Shown here piece after piece: positions 28,917-39,031 of a stretch of DNA of 64,000 nt. Numbering within the stretch: the stretch's first letter is position 1; the number at the start of each line of letters is the position of its first letter. Origin of the DNA: a candidate division WOR-3 bacterium (lineage in GTDB: Bacteria > Hydrothermota > 32-111); contig JBBFKX010000001.1 in NCBI GenBank assembly GCA_037481815.1, positions 224,001-288,000 of the forward strand. Direction: 5' to 3'. Below the pieces are notes generated by a model. The model saw nothing but the letters and a program-made list of their open reading frames with translations, ran no database searches and had not been told where the DNA came from. The position numbers and the translations under genes were made by a program.

Positions 28917-30068
28917 ATGAAAAAAATTTGTCTTTTAATTTTGGTAGTTTTAACATTTTTTAATCTCTTCGCTTTGAAGATCAACGAGTTTATCGTAACA
29001 CCAACGAGTGCTGAACAGATAGAACTCTACAACGATGGAACTAGTTCAATTGATGTTAACGGTTATAAACTTTATATAAAGGGTTCTACATCAACAAGTA
29101 GTACAACTTTTAAATCTTATACGATTCCAGCAGGTGGATATAAAGCGTTTAATCTGGGAGCAGTAGATTTTAACGATTCTTTGGGACTTCCCAACGATGG
29201 AGCAATAATAATCATAAAGGACGCTTCAGATAATCTAATAGATTCGGTCGGTTACGGTGATCTTGGAGGAGCACCAGCCCCGATATACAACTTTTCAAGC
29301 GCAAGAGTTGATAACACTGGCGATAACGCTTTAGATTTCAACATGGATTTTACACCGACTATGGGAAGTGCAAACGATTGTCCAGCGAATATGTTGGGTT
29401 CAGGCACAATTTTTATCAATGAAGTGTATCCTTCGGATTCAAACGATAATTCGACTGCTGTAACTGAATTTATTGAACTTTACAACAATTCAAATACTCC
29501 TGTTGATATATCAAACTGGATAATCGTTTGTGATGATGATTATTATATACCTTCTGGAACAACGATTTCAGCGTATGGATACTTTGTTTTATATGATACA
29601 TCTTTCCCACAATATTTTTACCTTGATGCTTACAGGGACAACATATATCTTTATAACAATTCAGGTAACAGGATAGATCAGGTTGGATGGCATAATATTC
29701 CTGTTGATACTTCATTTTCAGTGATACCAAATGGAACGAGAACATTCTTTAAAGGTTATGATGAGATAACCTCTGTTGATTTTAAAAAAGAGGTTCCAAC
29801 ACCTGCAGATTTTAATAACCTTGATGAAATCATAAAAACAAATGAGAAACCTGTTTCAGTTAAAGTTTGCTCTCTAAACAACGTTGGAATCAAAATTGAA
29901 ACTTCAACAGATTACTCTTCTAAAGTTTCGATTATTGATATAAGTGGAAGAACCCTGTACACTTCATTCTTGAAAAATATGATATTCTCTGCAAAATCGG
30001 GAATTTATTTTGTAAAAATAGAAAAAGAAGGAAAAACTTTTGTTTATAAAGTTAACCTTTTAAAGTAA
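28917..30068 (+). CDS. Secreted double lamin-tail-domain protein with T9SS-like C-terminal domain
   Basis: INEF..IELYN and INEV..EFIELYN..DISNW; IIDISGRTL..KSGIYFVKI. Confidence 0.8.
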   Translation: MKKICLLILVVLTFFNLFALKINEFIVTPTSAEQIELYNDGTSSIDVNGYKLYIKGSTSTSSTTFKSYTIPAGGYKAFNLGAVDFNDSLGLPNDGAIIIIKDASDNLIDSVGYGDLGGAPAPIYNFSSARVDNTGDNALDFNMDFTPTMGSANDCPANMLGSGTIFINEVYPSDSNDNSTAVTEFIELYNNSNTPVDISNWIIVCDDDYYIPSGTTISAYGYFVLYDTSFPQYFYLDAYRDNIYLYNNSGNRIDQVGWHNIPVDTSFSVIPNGTRTFFKGYDEITSVDFKKEVPTPADFNNLDEIIKTNEKPVSVKVCSLNNVGIKIETSTDYSSKVSIIDISGRTLYTSFLKNMIFSAKSGIYFVKIEKEGKTFVYKVNLLK

Positions 30069-30077
30069 GAGGTGGTT

Positions 30078-31991
30078 ATGAAAAAGTTTTTAATTTTATC
30101 GTTTATACTTTTCATATGTGGATCGATTTTTGCTATACCAACGCTTTATATAAACGAATTTTTTTACGATTCACCAGGAATTGATACGAGTTGTTATATT
30201 GAGATAAAAGGAATACCTGGAACATCTCTTGATTCAGTAAAGATTGTTGGTATCAATGGAAATGGTGGAGCAGTATATGCTACCATAAATCTTACAGGAT
30301 ATGTTATACCTGCTGACAGTTATTTTGTTGTAGCACAATCAACAAATGTTCCAAACTATGACATGATTTCAACGCTGATTGATTTTCAGAATGGCCCATC
30401 GGATAATATAATTTTAAGATTCGATTCACTCGGTGCATCTACAACACTTGATGCTGTTTGTTTTGGTCTCCCATCTGGAACAGATTCAGTGTTTAGAGGA
30501 GAGACATGGCCAACTTATGATGTAACACCTGCAACAACATATTATGCTTATATGGGACGACACACCGATCCTTTCACTTTCGAATTTAACAACAACTATT
30601 TAGATTTTGCACACTATATGGTAAGAACACCTGGAAGTGCAAACAAACCATTGTTACTAAAAGGTATAGTTGAAATACAGACCACACCTGATTCTTTCTC
30701 ACTTTTTAAAGATTCAACTGTAAAAGTAATTGATACCTGTGTTGTTACAGCAGTTTTTACAGGTCAATACTATATAACTTCAAAGACAGGTCCAAAAGAA
30801 TGGGATGGTATCTGTGTTTATGGTGATATTGGAAATCATACATATAATGTTGGGGATACTATTATTTTTTATCATGGTTTTGTAAATGAATACTTTAACA
30901 AAACACAACTTGTGAGTGTTGGAACAGAACTTTATAAAGCAGGTGATGGAACTTCTCCTGTACCATTTATTCTTTCTTTATCACAGGTTGGGGAAAATTA
31001 TGAAGGTGTTTTAATAAAAGTTGGACCAGTTACAGTTTTAACTGGACCTGATGCAAACGGTGAATGGCTTGTTTCTGATGGTGTTGATACACTTATAATC
31101 GATAACCTTGCAACCTATACCGTTCCTTCGATTGGACAAACAGTTTATATAACAGGAATCCTTGATTATACCTATGGGAATTATAAGATACAACCAAGAA
31201 ATGATTCAGATATCCAGGTAGTTAATTTTTATAACATTTCAGGTGTAGTTACACTTGATGATAATTCAAATTCCTCAGGTATCTCTGTAATTCTTTATAA
31301 CAATACATTCAATGATACTATTTTAACAGATTCGATTGGTTATTTTGATTTTGGTACTGTTGTTGAGGGAACATACAATTTGATTTTCAAAAAGACATAT
31401 TACGATACCGATTCATCTGAAATAGTTTTGCAATCAGACACTATAATAAATAAAATACTTTCAAGATCAAAAGGAACGATTTCCGGCTATGTTGATTTGA
31501 GCGATTCTCCATCAGACCTTTCTAATTCAATAGTAACAATATACTATGATGTTGTAACTGTTGATACGACAGATGCAACAGGATATTATTCTTTCTCAAA
31601 TTTACCTCTTGGAAAATCTTACAAACTTAAATTTGAACACAACGGTTATGCACCGGATTCTGTCACATTCACACTTGAAGACACTTCTTACACTTATTCT
31701 GTTAATTTAACAAAACTCACAGGTCTTGAAGAAACTTTAAAAATTGAAAAGATTATAGTTGAAGACAATGGTAATGGTATTTTCTCGTTCATATACAATA
31801 AAGAAGTCGATAATCCAACAAATATTATGATCTATGATTTAACTGGAAGAAATGTTGTTAATAAAACTGTAGAATCCGGGAAAGGAATGTATAAGATAAC
31901 ACTCTCAAAAAGATTATCAAAAGGTGTTTATTTTATACAAATTACAGGTGAAGAGAAGCCGTTTGTTAAAAAATTCGTTGTAGTTAACTGA
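30078..31991 (+). CDS. Secreted multidomain protein: LTD, OB-fold, two carboxypeptidase-regulatory-like domains, T9SS-like C-terminal domain
   Basis: INEFFYDSPG; ENYEGVLIKV..YGNYKIQPR; ISGxV..TD..GY repeats; IYDLTGRNV..SKGVYFIQI. Confidence 0.75.
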   Translation: MKKFLILSFILFICGSIFAIPTLYINEFFYDSPGIDTSCYIEIKGIPGTSLDSVKIVGINGNGGAVYATINLTGYVIPADSYFVVAQSTNVPNYDMISTLIDFQNGPSDNIILRFDSLGASTTLDAVCFGLPSGTDSVFRGETWPTYDVTPATTYYAYMGRHTDPFTFEFNNNYLDFAHYMVRTPGSANKPLLLKGIVEIQTTPDSFSLFKDSTVKVIDTCVVTAVFTGQYYITSKTGPKEWDGICVYGDIGNHTYNVGDTIIFYHGFVNEYFNKTQLVSVGTELYKAGDGTSPVPFILSLSQVGENYEGVLIKVGPVTVLTGPDANGEWLVSDGVDTLIIDNLATYTVPSIGQTVYITGILDYTYGNYKIQPRNDSDIQVVNFYNISGVVTLDDNSNSSGISVILYNNTFNDTILTDSIGYFDFGTVVEGTYNLIFKKTYYDTDSSEIVLQSDTIINKILSRSKGTISGYVDLSDSPSDLSNSIVTIYYDVVTVDTTDATGYYSFSNLPLGKSYKLKFEHNGYAPDSVTFTLEDTSYTYSVNLTKLTGLEETLKIEKIIVEDNGNGIFSFIYNKEVDNPTNIMIYDLTGRNVVNKTVESGKGMYKITLSKRLSKGVYFIQITGEEKPFVKKFVVVN

Positions 31992-31999
31992 ATCTATAT

Positions 32000-32025
32000 A
32001 AAAGGGGCTTTTAAAGCCCCTTTTT
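32000..32025 (+). terminator. Rho-independent terminator, possibly bidirectional
   Basis: aaaaggggctt-tta-aagccccttttt. Confidence 0.85.
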
Positions 32026-32050
32026 CTTATATTTCAAATCTCATTTATTA

Positions 32051-32078
32051 TTGACTTTTATTGATTATTTGATATATT
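32051..32078 (+). promoter_or_regulatory. sigma70 promoter of lat operon
   Basis: TTGACT-N16-TATATT. Confidence 0.6.
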
Positions 32079-32112
32079 TAATATTTAATTTCCTTATAAC
32101 TCAGGAGGTGTG

Positions 32113-33426
32113 ATGACTAATAAAATATATCCAAAAAATGTTCTTGAAACATTATCAAAATATATGCTTGTCGATGGTTTTGATCTTGTTTTTGATGCAG
32201 AAGAATCTCATGGTTCCTATCTTTACGATTCAAAATACAATAAGGAATATCTTGATTTTTTCACATTTTTTGCTTCTTCTCCAATAGGTTTCAACCATCC
32301 AAAAATGAACAATGAAGAGTTTATTAAAAAGATCGGTAAGGTTTCAATACACAAACCATCCAATTCGGATATTTACACTGTTGAAATGGCTGAATTCGTT
32401 GATACTTTTGGAACCATAGCAAAACCAGATTTTATGAAATACCTGTTCTTTGTTTCAGGTGGTGCACTTGCAGTTGAAAACGCATTAAAAACTGCGTTTG
32501 ATTGGAAAATTAGAAAAAATCTTAAAAAAGGAAAGGGAGAGAAGGGAACAAAAGTTATTCATTTTAAACACGCTTTCCATGGTAGAAGTGGATACACTTT
32601 AAGTATGACAAACACATTTGATCCAAGAAAAACAAAATATTTCCCAAAGTTCAACTGGCCTCGTGTTGAAAGTCCAGCATTAAAATTCCCAATTACAGAT
32701 GAAGAGATCAAAAGGGTTGAGAAGGAAGAGGAAAAAATTATAAACGAGATCAAAGATATACTTTTAAAAGATGGTGATGATATAGCAGCACTCATACTTG
32801 AACCGATTCAGGCAGAAGGTGGAGACAGACATTTCAGAAAGGAGTTTTTCAAAAAATTAAGAGAGATTACTCTTGAAAGTGAAATAATGTTTATACTCGA
32901 TGAAGTGCAGACGGGAATGGGATTAACTGGAAAGTTCTGGTGTTTTGAACATTTTGATATAAAACCAGATATTGTTGCTTTTGGGAAGAAATCGCAGATT
33001 TGCGGTATAATGTGCTCTGATAGAGTCGATGAAGTTGAAAACCATGTTTTTGCAGAATCTTCAAGGATAAATTCAACCTGGGGTGGTAGTTTGACCGATA
33101 TGGTTAGAGCAACAAGAATTTTACAGATAATCGATGAGGAAAAACTTGTTGAAAATGCAAAAATTATAGGTGAATTCTTACTCGATGAGTTGAAAAAGAT
33201 TGAGAGTAAAAAAATTAGTAACATAAGGGGAAGAGGATTGATGATAGCGTTTGATCTTGAGAGTACTGAAAAAAGGGACAGGATGTTTGATAAACTTTTT
33301 GAGAATGGTTTATTCTCTATCAAGTGTGGTGAAAAGAGTATAAGATTCAGACCACCTTTAAACCTTACAAAAGATGATGCATTAAAAGGTGTTTCAATAG
33401 TTGAAAAATCTTTAAAGGAGATATGA
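32113..33426 (+). CDS. lat: L-lysine 6-transaminase (class III PLP aminotransferase)
   Basis: LVDGFDLV, KPSNSDIYT, AFHGRSGYTLS, EPIQAEGGD, DEVQTG, FGKK, SRINSTWGG. Confidence 0.88.
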   Translation: MTNKIYPKNVLETLSKYMLVDGFDLVFDAEESHGSYLYDSKYNKEYLDFFTFFASSPIGFNHPKMNNEEFIKKIGKVSIHKPSNSDIYTVEMAEFVDTFGTIAKPDFMKYLFFVSGGALAVENALKTAFDWKIRKNLKKGKGEKGTKVIHFKHAFHGRSGYTLSMTNTFDPRKTKYFPKFNWPRVESPALKFPITDEEIKRVEKEEEKIINEIKDILLKDGDDIAALILEPIQAEGGDRHFRKEFFKKLREITLESEIMFILDEVQTGMGLTGKFWCFEHFDIKPDIVAFGKKSQICGIMCSDRVDEVENHVFAESSRINSTWGGSLTDMVRATRILQIIDEEKLVENAKIIGEFLLDELKKIESKKISNIRGRGLMIAFDLESTEKRDRMFDKLFENGLFSIKCGEKSIRFRPPLNLTKDDALKGVSIVEKSLKEI

Positions 33427-33430
33427 TAAA

Positions 33431-34531
33431 ATGGGAACAATGAAGGCAGTAAGAAAACTCAAAAGAGAGAAAGGTGCAGATCTTGTCGAAATTGAAATTC
33501 CAAAAATAAAGCCAGATGAAGTTCTAATAAAAGTTGTGGCAACAAGTATATGTGGAACAGATGTTCATATATATAAATGGGATAAATGGTCTGAGACAAG
33601 AATAAAAAATATTCCCCAAACACTTGGACATGAGGTTTGTGGTGAAGTTATCGAAGTTGGATCATCTGTTAAAAAAATAAGAGTTGGAGATTTTATTTCT
33701 GCTGAAACACATATAACATGTAAAAGATGTATAAATTGCTTAACAGGTAACGAACACATATGCACAAATGGAGATATACTGGGTGTTGACAGAGATGGAG
33801 TTTTCGCTGAATATGCTGTAATTCCAGAGTCAGTTGCATGGGTTAATGACAAAAATATTCCACCTGAGATAGCATCAGTTCAGGAACCTCTTGGAAACGC
33901 TACTTATGCGGTTCTGGGAGAAGATTATAACCTGTATGGTAAAAGGGTTGCAATTTTTGGTGATGGGCCAACAGCATTGTTTGCAATAGGTGTTGCAAAA
34001 CTTGCAGGAGCATCAAAAATTTTCCATATCGGAGTTTTTGATTTCAACATGGAAATCGGTAAAAGGATGGGAGCAGATTTTTCTTTGAAAGCAACCGATA
34101 ATCTTGATAGAGTTCAATTTATAAAAGATAACACTGATGGTTATGGAGCAGATATAGTTGTTGAGATGGCAGGAGCCAAACAGGCAGTCGAAGAAGGGTT
34201 GAACTCTTTGAGAAAAGGTGGTAGATTTTCTGCTTTTGGAATAACACCCGAACAAAAACTTGAAATAGATTACAACAATCAGATAGTTTTTAAAGGGATA
34301 CAGATACATGGTATCTCTGGGCGAAGAATGTTCGATACCTGGTTAAGAGTAAAAAATATGCTTTCATCGAAAAAACTTGATATAAGACCTGTGATAACCA
34401 ATCTTTTTTCTCTGGAGGATTTTGAAAAAGGTTTTGAAGAGATGATGAAAATTCCAAGAGTTTCAGCAAAGATAGTTCTCTTTCCTGATAAGAAGATTTT
34501 AAACGAAAGGTTGAAAGAGTTTAAAGAATAA
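33431..34531 (+). CDS. tdh: L-threonine 3-dehydrogenase
   Basis: SICGTDVHIYKW, GHE, SAETHITC..C..C, EPLGNA, GRRMFDTW; adjacent to kbl. Confidence 0.88.
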   Translation: MGTMKAVRKLKREKGADLVEIEIPKIKPDEVLIKVVATSICGTDVHIYKWDKWSETRIKNIPQTLGHEVCGEVIEVGSSVKKIRVGDFISAETHITCKRCINCLTGNEHICTNGDILGVDRDGVFAEYAVIPESVAWVNDKNIPPEIASVQEPLGNATYAVLGEDYNLYGKRVAIFGDGPTALFAIGVAKLAGASKIFHIGVFDFNMEIGKRMGADFSLKATDNLDRVQFIKDNTDGYGADIVVEMAGAKQAVEEGLNSLRKGGRFSAFGITPEQKLEIDYNNQIVFKGIQIHGISGRRMFDTWLRVKNMLSSKKLDIRPVITNLFSLEDFEKGFEEMMKIPRVSAKIVLFPDKKILNERLKEFKE

Positions 34532-34543
34532 TAAGGAGAAACT

Positions 34544-35743
34544 ATGTACGGAAGAATGAAAGAAGATTTAAAAAAAGAGATTGAAAAAATCAAAAATGAT
34601 AATCTGTACAAAGAGGAAAGAATTATAACCTCAAAACAGGGTGTTGAAATAACACTTAACGATGGAAGAAAAGTTTTGAATTTCTGTGCAAACAACTATC
34701 TTGGACTTGCTGGAAGTGAAAAACTTATAGAGATAGCAAAAAAAGGAATAGAAAAATATGGATACGGTTTAAGTTCTGTGAGATTCATCTGTGGAACATT
34801 TGATATCCATAAAAAACTTGAAAATAAGATTTCAGAATTTTTACAGAAAGATGATACGATACTTTATGCTGCCTGTTTTGATGCAAACGGTGGTGTTTTT
34901 GAACCACTTTTGAACGAACAGGATGCAATTATTTCGGATAAGTTGAACCATGCATCGATAATAGATGGTGTAAGATTGTGTAAAGCCCAAAGATTTGTTT
35001 ACGATCATTCAAATATGGAACAACTTGAGGAGATTTTAAAAAATACACAGAATTTAAGATATCGAATGATAGCGACAGATGGTGTATTTTCAATGGATGG
35101 AGATATTGCAAAACTTGATAAAATAGTTGAACTCGCTGAAAAATATGATGCACTTGTGATGGTTGATGATTCACATGCAACAGGATTTATTGGAAAAACT
35201 GGAAGGGGAACTGTAGAACTCATGAATGTGATCGATAAAGTTGATATAATCACTTCAACACTCGGAAAAGCGTTGGGTGGTGCAATGGGCGGATTCATAT
35301 CTGGAAGAAAAGAGATAATCGAAATTTTAAGACAGAGGTCAAGGCCATATCTTTTTTCAAACTCTCTTTCTCCAGTTATTGTTTATACAGCATACGAAAT
35401 ATTTAATATGCTTTCAGAAACAACTGAACTGAGAGATAAACTTGAAGAGAACACAAAATATTTCAGAGAAAAAATGACACAAACAGGTTTTGATATCAAA
35501 CCTGGAATACATCCAATAGTTCCAATAATGTTTTCAAAATTTGAAAATGATGCTCAACTATCACAAATTTTTGCTAAAGATCTTTTGGATGAAGGCATCT
35601 ATGTGATTGGATTCTATTATCCTGTTGTTCCAAAGGGAAGTTCAAGAATAAGAGTTCAAATATCTGCCGCTCATACAAAAGATCATCTTGATAAAGCGAT
35701 AGATGCTTTTGTAAAAGTAGGTAAAAAACATAAAGTAATATAA
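34544..35743 (+). CDS. kbl: Glycine C-acetyltransferase (2-amino-3-ketobutyrate CoA ligase)
   Basis: NFCANNYLGL, SVRFICGT, CFDANGG, TLGKALGG, RQRSRPYLFSN. Confidence 0.95.
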   Translation: MYGRMKEDLKKEIEKIKNDNLYKEERIITSKQGVEITLNDGRKVLNFCANNYLGLAGSEKLIEIAKKGIEKYGYGLSSVRFICGTFDIHKKLENKISEFLQKDDTILYAACFDANGGVFEPLLNEQDAIISDKLNHASIIDGVRLCKAQRFVYDHSNMEQLEEILKNTQNLRYRMIATDGVFSMDGDIAKLDKIVELAEKYDALVMVDDSHATGFIGKTGRGTVELMNVIDKVDIITSTLGKALGGAMGGFISGRKEIIEILRQRSRPYLFSNSLSPVIVYTAYEIFNMLSETTELRDKLEENTKYFREKMTQTGFDIKPGIHPIVPIMFSKFENDAQLSQIFAKDLLDEGIYVIGFYYPVVPKGSSRIRVQISAAHTKDHLDKAIDAFVKVGKKHKVI

Positions 35744-35747
35744 TTTT

Positions 35748-37454
35748 ATGAAACTGACAAATTTTCTTTTCAACAGTTTAAAAGAGATTCCAAAAGATGC
35801 TGAGATAGCAAGCCATAAGTTGATGCTTAGAGGTTGTTTTATAAGACAGAACGCTGCAGGTATATATTCATATTTGCCATTAGGGCTCATGGTGATTGAA
35901 AACATCAGAAAGATAATCAAGGAAGAAATGGATAGAATAGGAGGGCAGGAACTTTTACTACCTGTTTTAACTCCAAAAGAGATATGGGAAGAGAGTGGAA
36001 GATGGACAGATTTTGGAGATGAGATGTTCAGGGTCAAAGATCGTAAAGGAAGAGATTTTGCGATGTGTCCAACACATGAAGAGATCATTACAGATCTTGC
36101 AAGACGTGAAATTAAATCTTACAGAGATCTTCCACAAATCTGGTATCAGATTCAAACAAAATTCAGAGATGAACCTCGCCCGAGGAGCGGACTTTTAAGA
36201 GTCAGACAGTTTGAGATGAAGGATTCATACTCACTCGATAAAGATTATGAAGGACTGAATGTTTCCTATGAAAAACATAGGGAAGCGTATACAAGAATTT
36301 TTAAAAGATGTGGACTTGATTTTGTGGTAGTAGAAGCAGCGAGTGGATTGATGGGTGGAAAAAAATCTCAGGAGTTTATGGCTTTTTCTGATGCCGGAGA
36401 AAGCAATGTTGTGATATGTGAAAATTGCAAAACAGCATCAAACACAGAGGTAGCAAGACCTTTGATTGAAAACCCAGTTGATGTTGATGGAGAATTAAAA
36501 GAGGTTTTTACTCCAGTTGAAGGTAGTATTGAAAGTATTAGTGAATTTTTGAAGATCGATAAAAACAGATTATTCAAATCGATACTTTTGATAGCGAACA
36601 GTCAACCAGTTTTTGTTATTCTGCCTGGTGACAGGGATATAGATGAAGATAAACTTGTGTTAATATTTGGTGAACTATTCAGATATGCAACCGATGAGGA
36701 GATAGAAAAATATTGTAACGCTCCAAAAGGTTATGTTTCTCCTGTAAATCTTGAAATTCCAGTTTATGCGGATATCTCATTAAAAGGAAGAAAAGGTCTT
36801 GTTTCAGGTGCAAACAAAAAAGATTATCATTTCATTAACATAAGTATCGAAAGAGACATAAAAAACATAAAATTTGTTGATATTATAAAACTCAAAGAAA
36901 ATGATAGATGTGAAAAATGTGGTGGGAAATTGGAGATTAAAAAAACGATTGAAATAGGTCACATTTTCCAACTGGGAACAAAATATTCTGAATCGATGAA
37001 AGCTGAATATTTAACACAGAACGGTGAAAGGAAACCTATTGTTATGGGTTCGTATGGAATAGGACTTGGAAGAATAGCATCAACAATAATTGAACAGAAT
37101 AATGATGAGAACGGTATAATCTGGCCGATTTCCGTTGCACCATTTAAAGTTATCATAATTCCCTTAAATGTTAAAGAAAAAGTTATTATGGATGAAGCAC
37201 AGAATCTTTACAACAGATTTTCTATCTATGACGCTTTACTTGACGATAGAGATCTTTCTCCTGGAAACAAATTCAAGGATGCTGATCTTATAGGTATTCC
37301 TTTCAAAATCATATATGGAAACAAGTTTTTGAATGAGGGTAAAGTTGAAATTGCACGAAGAAGGGATAACAAGAGAATTATGGTTGATAAAGAACAGGTT
37401 TTTGATAAAATAAATCAACTGATAAAAGAGGAGATGGAAAAATACAATGTATGA
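35748..37454 (+). CDS. proS: Proline--tRNA ligase (bacterial type with editing insertion)
   Basis: PTHEE, KFRDEPRPR.GLLRVRQF.MKD, EIGHIFQLG, MGSYGIG. Confidence 0.96.
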   Translation: MKLTNFLFNSLKEIPKDAEIASHKLMLRGCFIRQNAAGIYSYLPLGLMVIENIRKIIKEEMDRIGGQELLLPVLTPKEIWEESGRWTDFGDEMFRVKDRKGRDFAMCPTHEEIITDLARREIKSYRDLPQIWYQIQTKFRDEPRPRSGLLRVRQFEMKDSYSLDKDYEGLNVSYEKHREAYTRIFKRCGLDFVVVEAASGLMGGKKSQEFMAFSDAGESNVVICENCKTASNTEVARPLIENPVDVDGELKEVFTPVEGSIESISEFLKIDKNRLFKSILLIANSQPVFVILPGDRDIDEDKLVLIFGELFRYATDEEIEKYCNAPKGYVSPVNLEIPVYADISLKGRKGLVSGANKKDYHFINISIERDIKNIKFVDIIKLKENDRCEKCGGKLEIKKTIEIGHIFQLGTKYSESMKAEYLTQNGERKPIVMGSYGIGLGRIASTIIEQNNDENGIIWPISVAPFKVIIIPLNVKEKVIMDEAQNLYNRFSIYDALLDDRDLSPGNKFKDADLIGIPFKIIYGNKFLNEGKVEIARRRDNKRIMVDKEQVFDKINQLIKEEMEKYNV

Positions 37455-37725
37455 AGAAAGAGAAGAAAAGGTGAAAACACTTGTAGAAAAACTGTTGAGT
37501 AGAGAGGATTATCTTGAACAAAAGATTAAACTTGTAAAAATTTTTGTTTCAAAATCGATAAATCCTCATATAAGAATTTTTCTCGATAAAGAAGGTGGAA
37601 TTACAGTGAAAGATCTTGAAAAATTCCATAAAGAGTTTGAAGTGTTGCTTGATGTTGAAAAAATATTTGAAAAAAATTATGTTTTAGAGGTCTCTTCACC
37701 AGGAGAAGAAAAAGATAGGAGGTAA
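37447..37725 (+). CDS. rimP: Ribosome maturation factor RimP, N-terminal domain only
   Basis: RIFLDKEGGIT, YVLEVSSPG; directly upstream of nusA; only 92 aa. Confidence 0.8.
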   Translation: MYEEREEKVKTLVEKLLSREDYLEQKIKLVKIFVSKSINPHIRIFLDKEGGITVKDLEKFHKEFEVLLDVEKIFEKNYVLEVSSPGEEKDRR

Positions 37726-37726
37726 A

Positions 37727-39031
37727 GTGAACAAAGAAAGAGAAAGGGAAATTATTGAAGCGATAAAGGAGATCAGTGCTGTAAAAAATATTGATAAAAG
37801 TAAACTTTTGAAAATTGTTGAAGAATCGCTTAAATTTGCTGTTCAAAAACATTACGGGGAGGATGGTGATTATAAAGTAACGATCAATGAAGCAACTGGA
37901 GAAATAAAGATTGAAAGGGGGCTTCTGATTGTTGAAAATGTTGAAGAGCCAAATCTTGAAATAAGTTTGGAAGATGCGATGGAAAGCACCACTGATGAGA
38001 AATCAAAGAAAAATATAAAACTCGGTAATAAGTTCTGGGAAGAACTTTCAGTTGAGGATGTTGGCAGGAGTGCTATCAACAGAATGAAACAACTTATAAA
38101 CACGAAGGTACTTGCTGAAGAAAGAGAGTCATTGTTCAACGAGTTCTCAGCGAAAGTTGGAATGCTTGTCAATGGACATATAAAAAAGATCGATAAAGTA
38201 AAAGGTTTTGTTTATATAAACCTTGCGAGATTGGATGCAAAAATGGCTTTTGATGAGGCGATTCCGGATGAGATAAAAAATTTCAGACAGGGCAAACTTC
38301 TAAAAGCTGTTATCATTGAAGTAAAAAAGAATAACAACAAGGATCCGGAAATATTCTTGTCAAGAAAATCTGACGAATTTCTGAAAAAACTTTTAGAATT
38401 TGAAGTTCCTGAAATAGAAGAGGGTTCTGTTGTAATAAAAGGTATCGCAAGAGAACCTGGCAAAAGATCGAAGATTGCGGTAATGTCTCTTGACGATAAA
38501 ATCGACCCAGTTGGTGCATGTGTTGGAGTTAAAGGTTCAAGAATCCATACAATAATCAGAGAGTTGAACAACGAACACATTGATATAATTCAGTGGTCAT
38601 CTGATCCTACACTATATACTCAAAGGGCAATATCACCGGGAACTATTATTCGAGCATTTAAGAATGAAGAGATGAAAACGATGAAACTTGTCGTAAAAGA
38701 TGATACGAAAGACAAAGCTATAGGAAAAGATGGAGTAAATCTCAAACTCGCATCGAGGTTGACTGGCTGGAATTTACAGGTTATATCTGAAAGTGAATTC
38801 AAAGAGGAACTTGGAAAAAGCTCAGATATAAATCCAATCTATGAATTGAAGGATATCACAGAAAATCAGAAAGAAAATCTTGTAAAAGCAGGTTATAAAA
38901 ATGTTGAAGAGATAGTTCAAAAAGGAATCGAAGAACTTGAAAATATACAGGGTTTTGGAAAGAAAACAGCAGAAAAAATTATGAAAAGTGCTCAGGAGTA
39001 TTTAAAAGAAAGGGAGTCAAATAATGCCTAA
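37727..39031 (+). CDS. nusA: Transcription termination/antitermination factor NusA
   Basis: AREPGKRSKIAV, DPVGACVG, AIGKDGVN.KLASRLTGW; C-terminal HhH. Confidence 0.96.
   Translation: MNKEREREIIEAIKEISAVKNIDKSKLLKIVEESLKFAVQKHYGEDGDYKVTINEATGEIKIERGLLIVENVEEPNLEISLEDAMESTTDEKSKKNIKLGNKFWEELSVEDVGRSAINRMKQLINTKVLAEERESLFNEFSAKVGMLVNGHIKKIDKVKGFVYINLARLDAKMAFDEAIPDEIKNFRQGKLLKAVIIEVKKNNNKDPEIFLSRKSDEFLKKLLEFEVPEIEEGSVVIKGIAREPGKRSKIAVMSLDDKIDPVGACVGVKGSRIHTIIRELNNEHIDIIQWSSDPTLYTQRAISPGTIIRAFKNEEMKTMKLVVKDDTKDKAIGKDGVNLKLASRLTGWNLQVISESEFKEELGKSSDINPIYELKDITENQKENLVKAGYKNVEEIVQKGIEELENIQGFGKKTAEKIMKSAQEYLKERESNNA

Noticed and set aside
32808..33440. 210-aa antisense ORF and the many other short antisense or alternate-frame ORFs in the track
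   Set aside because: Shadows of well-supported genes, with no motifs or ribosome-binding sites
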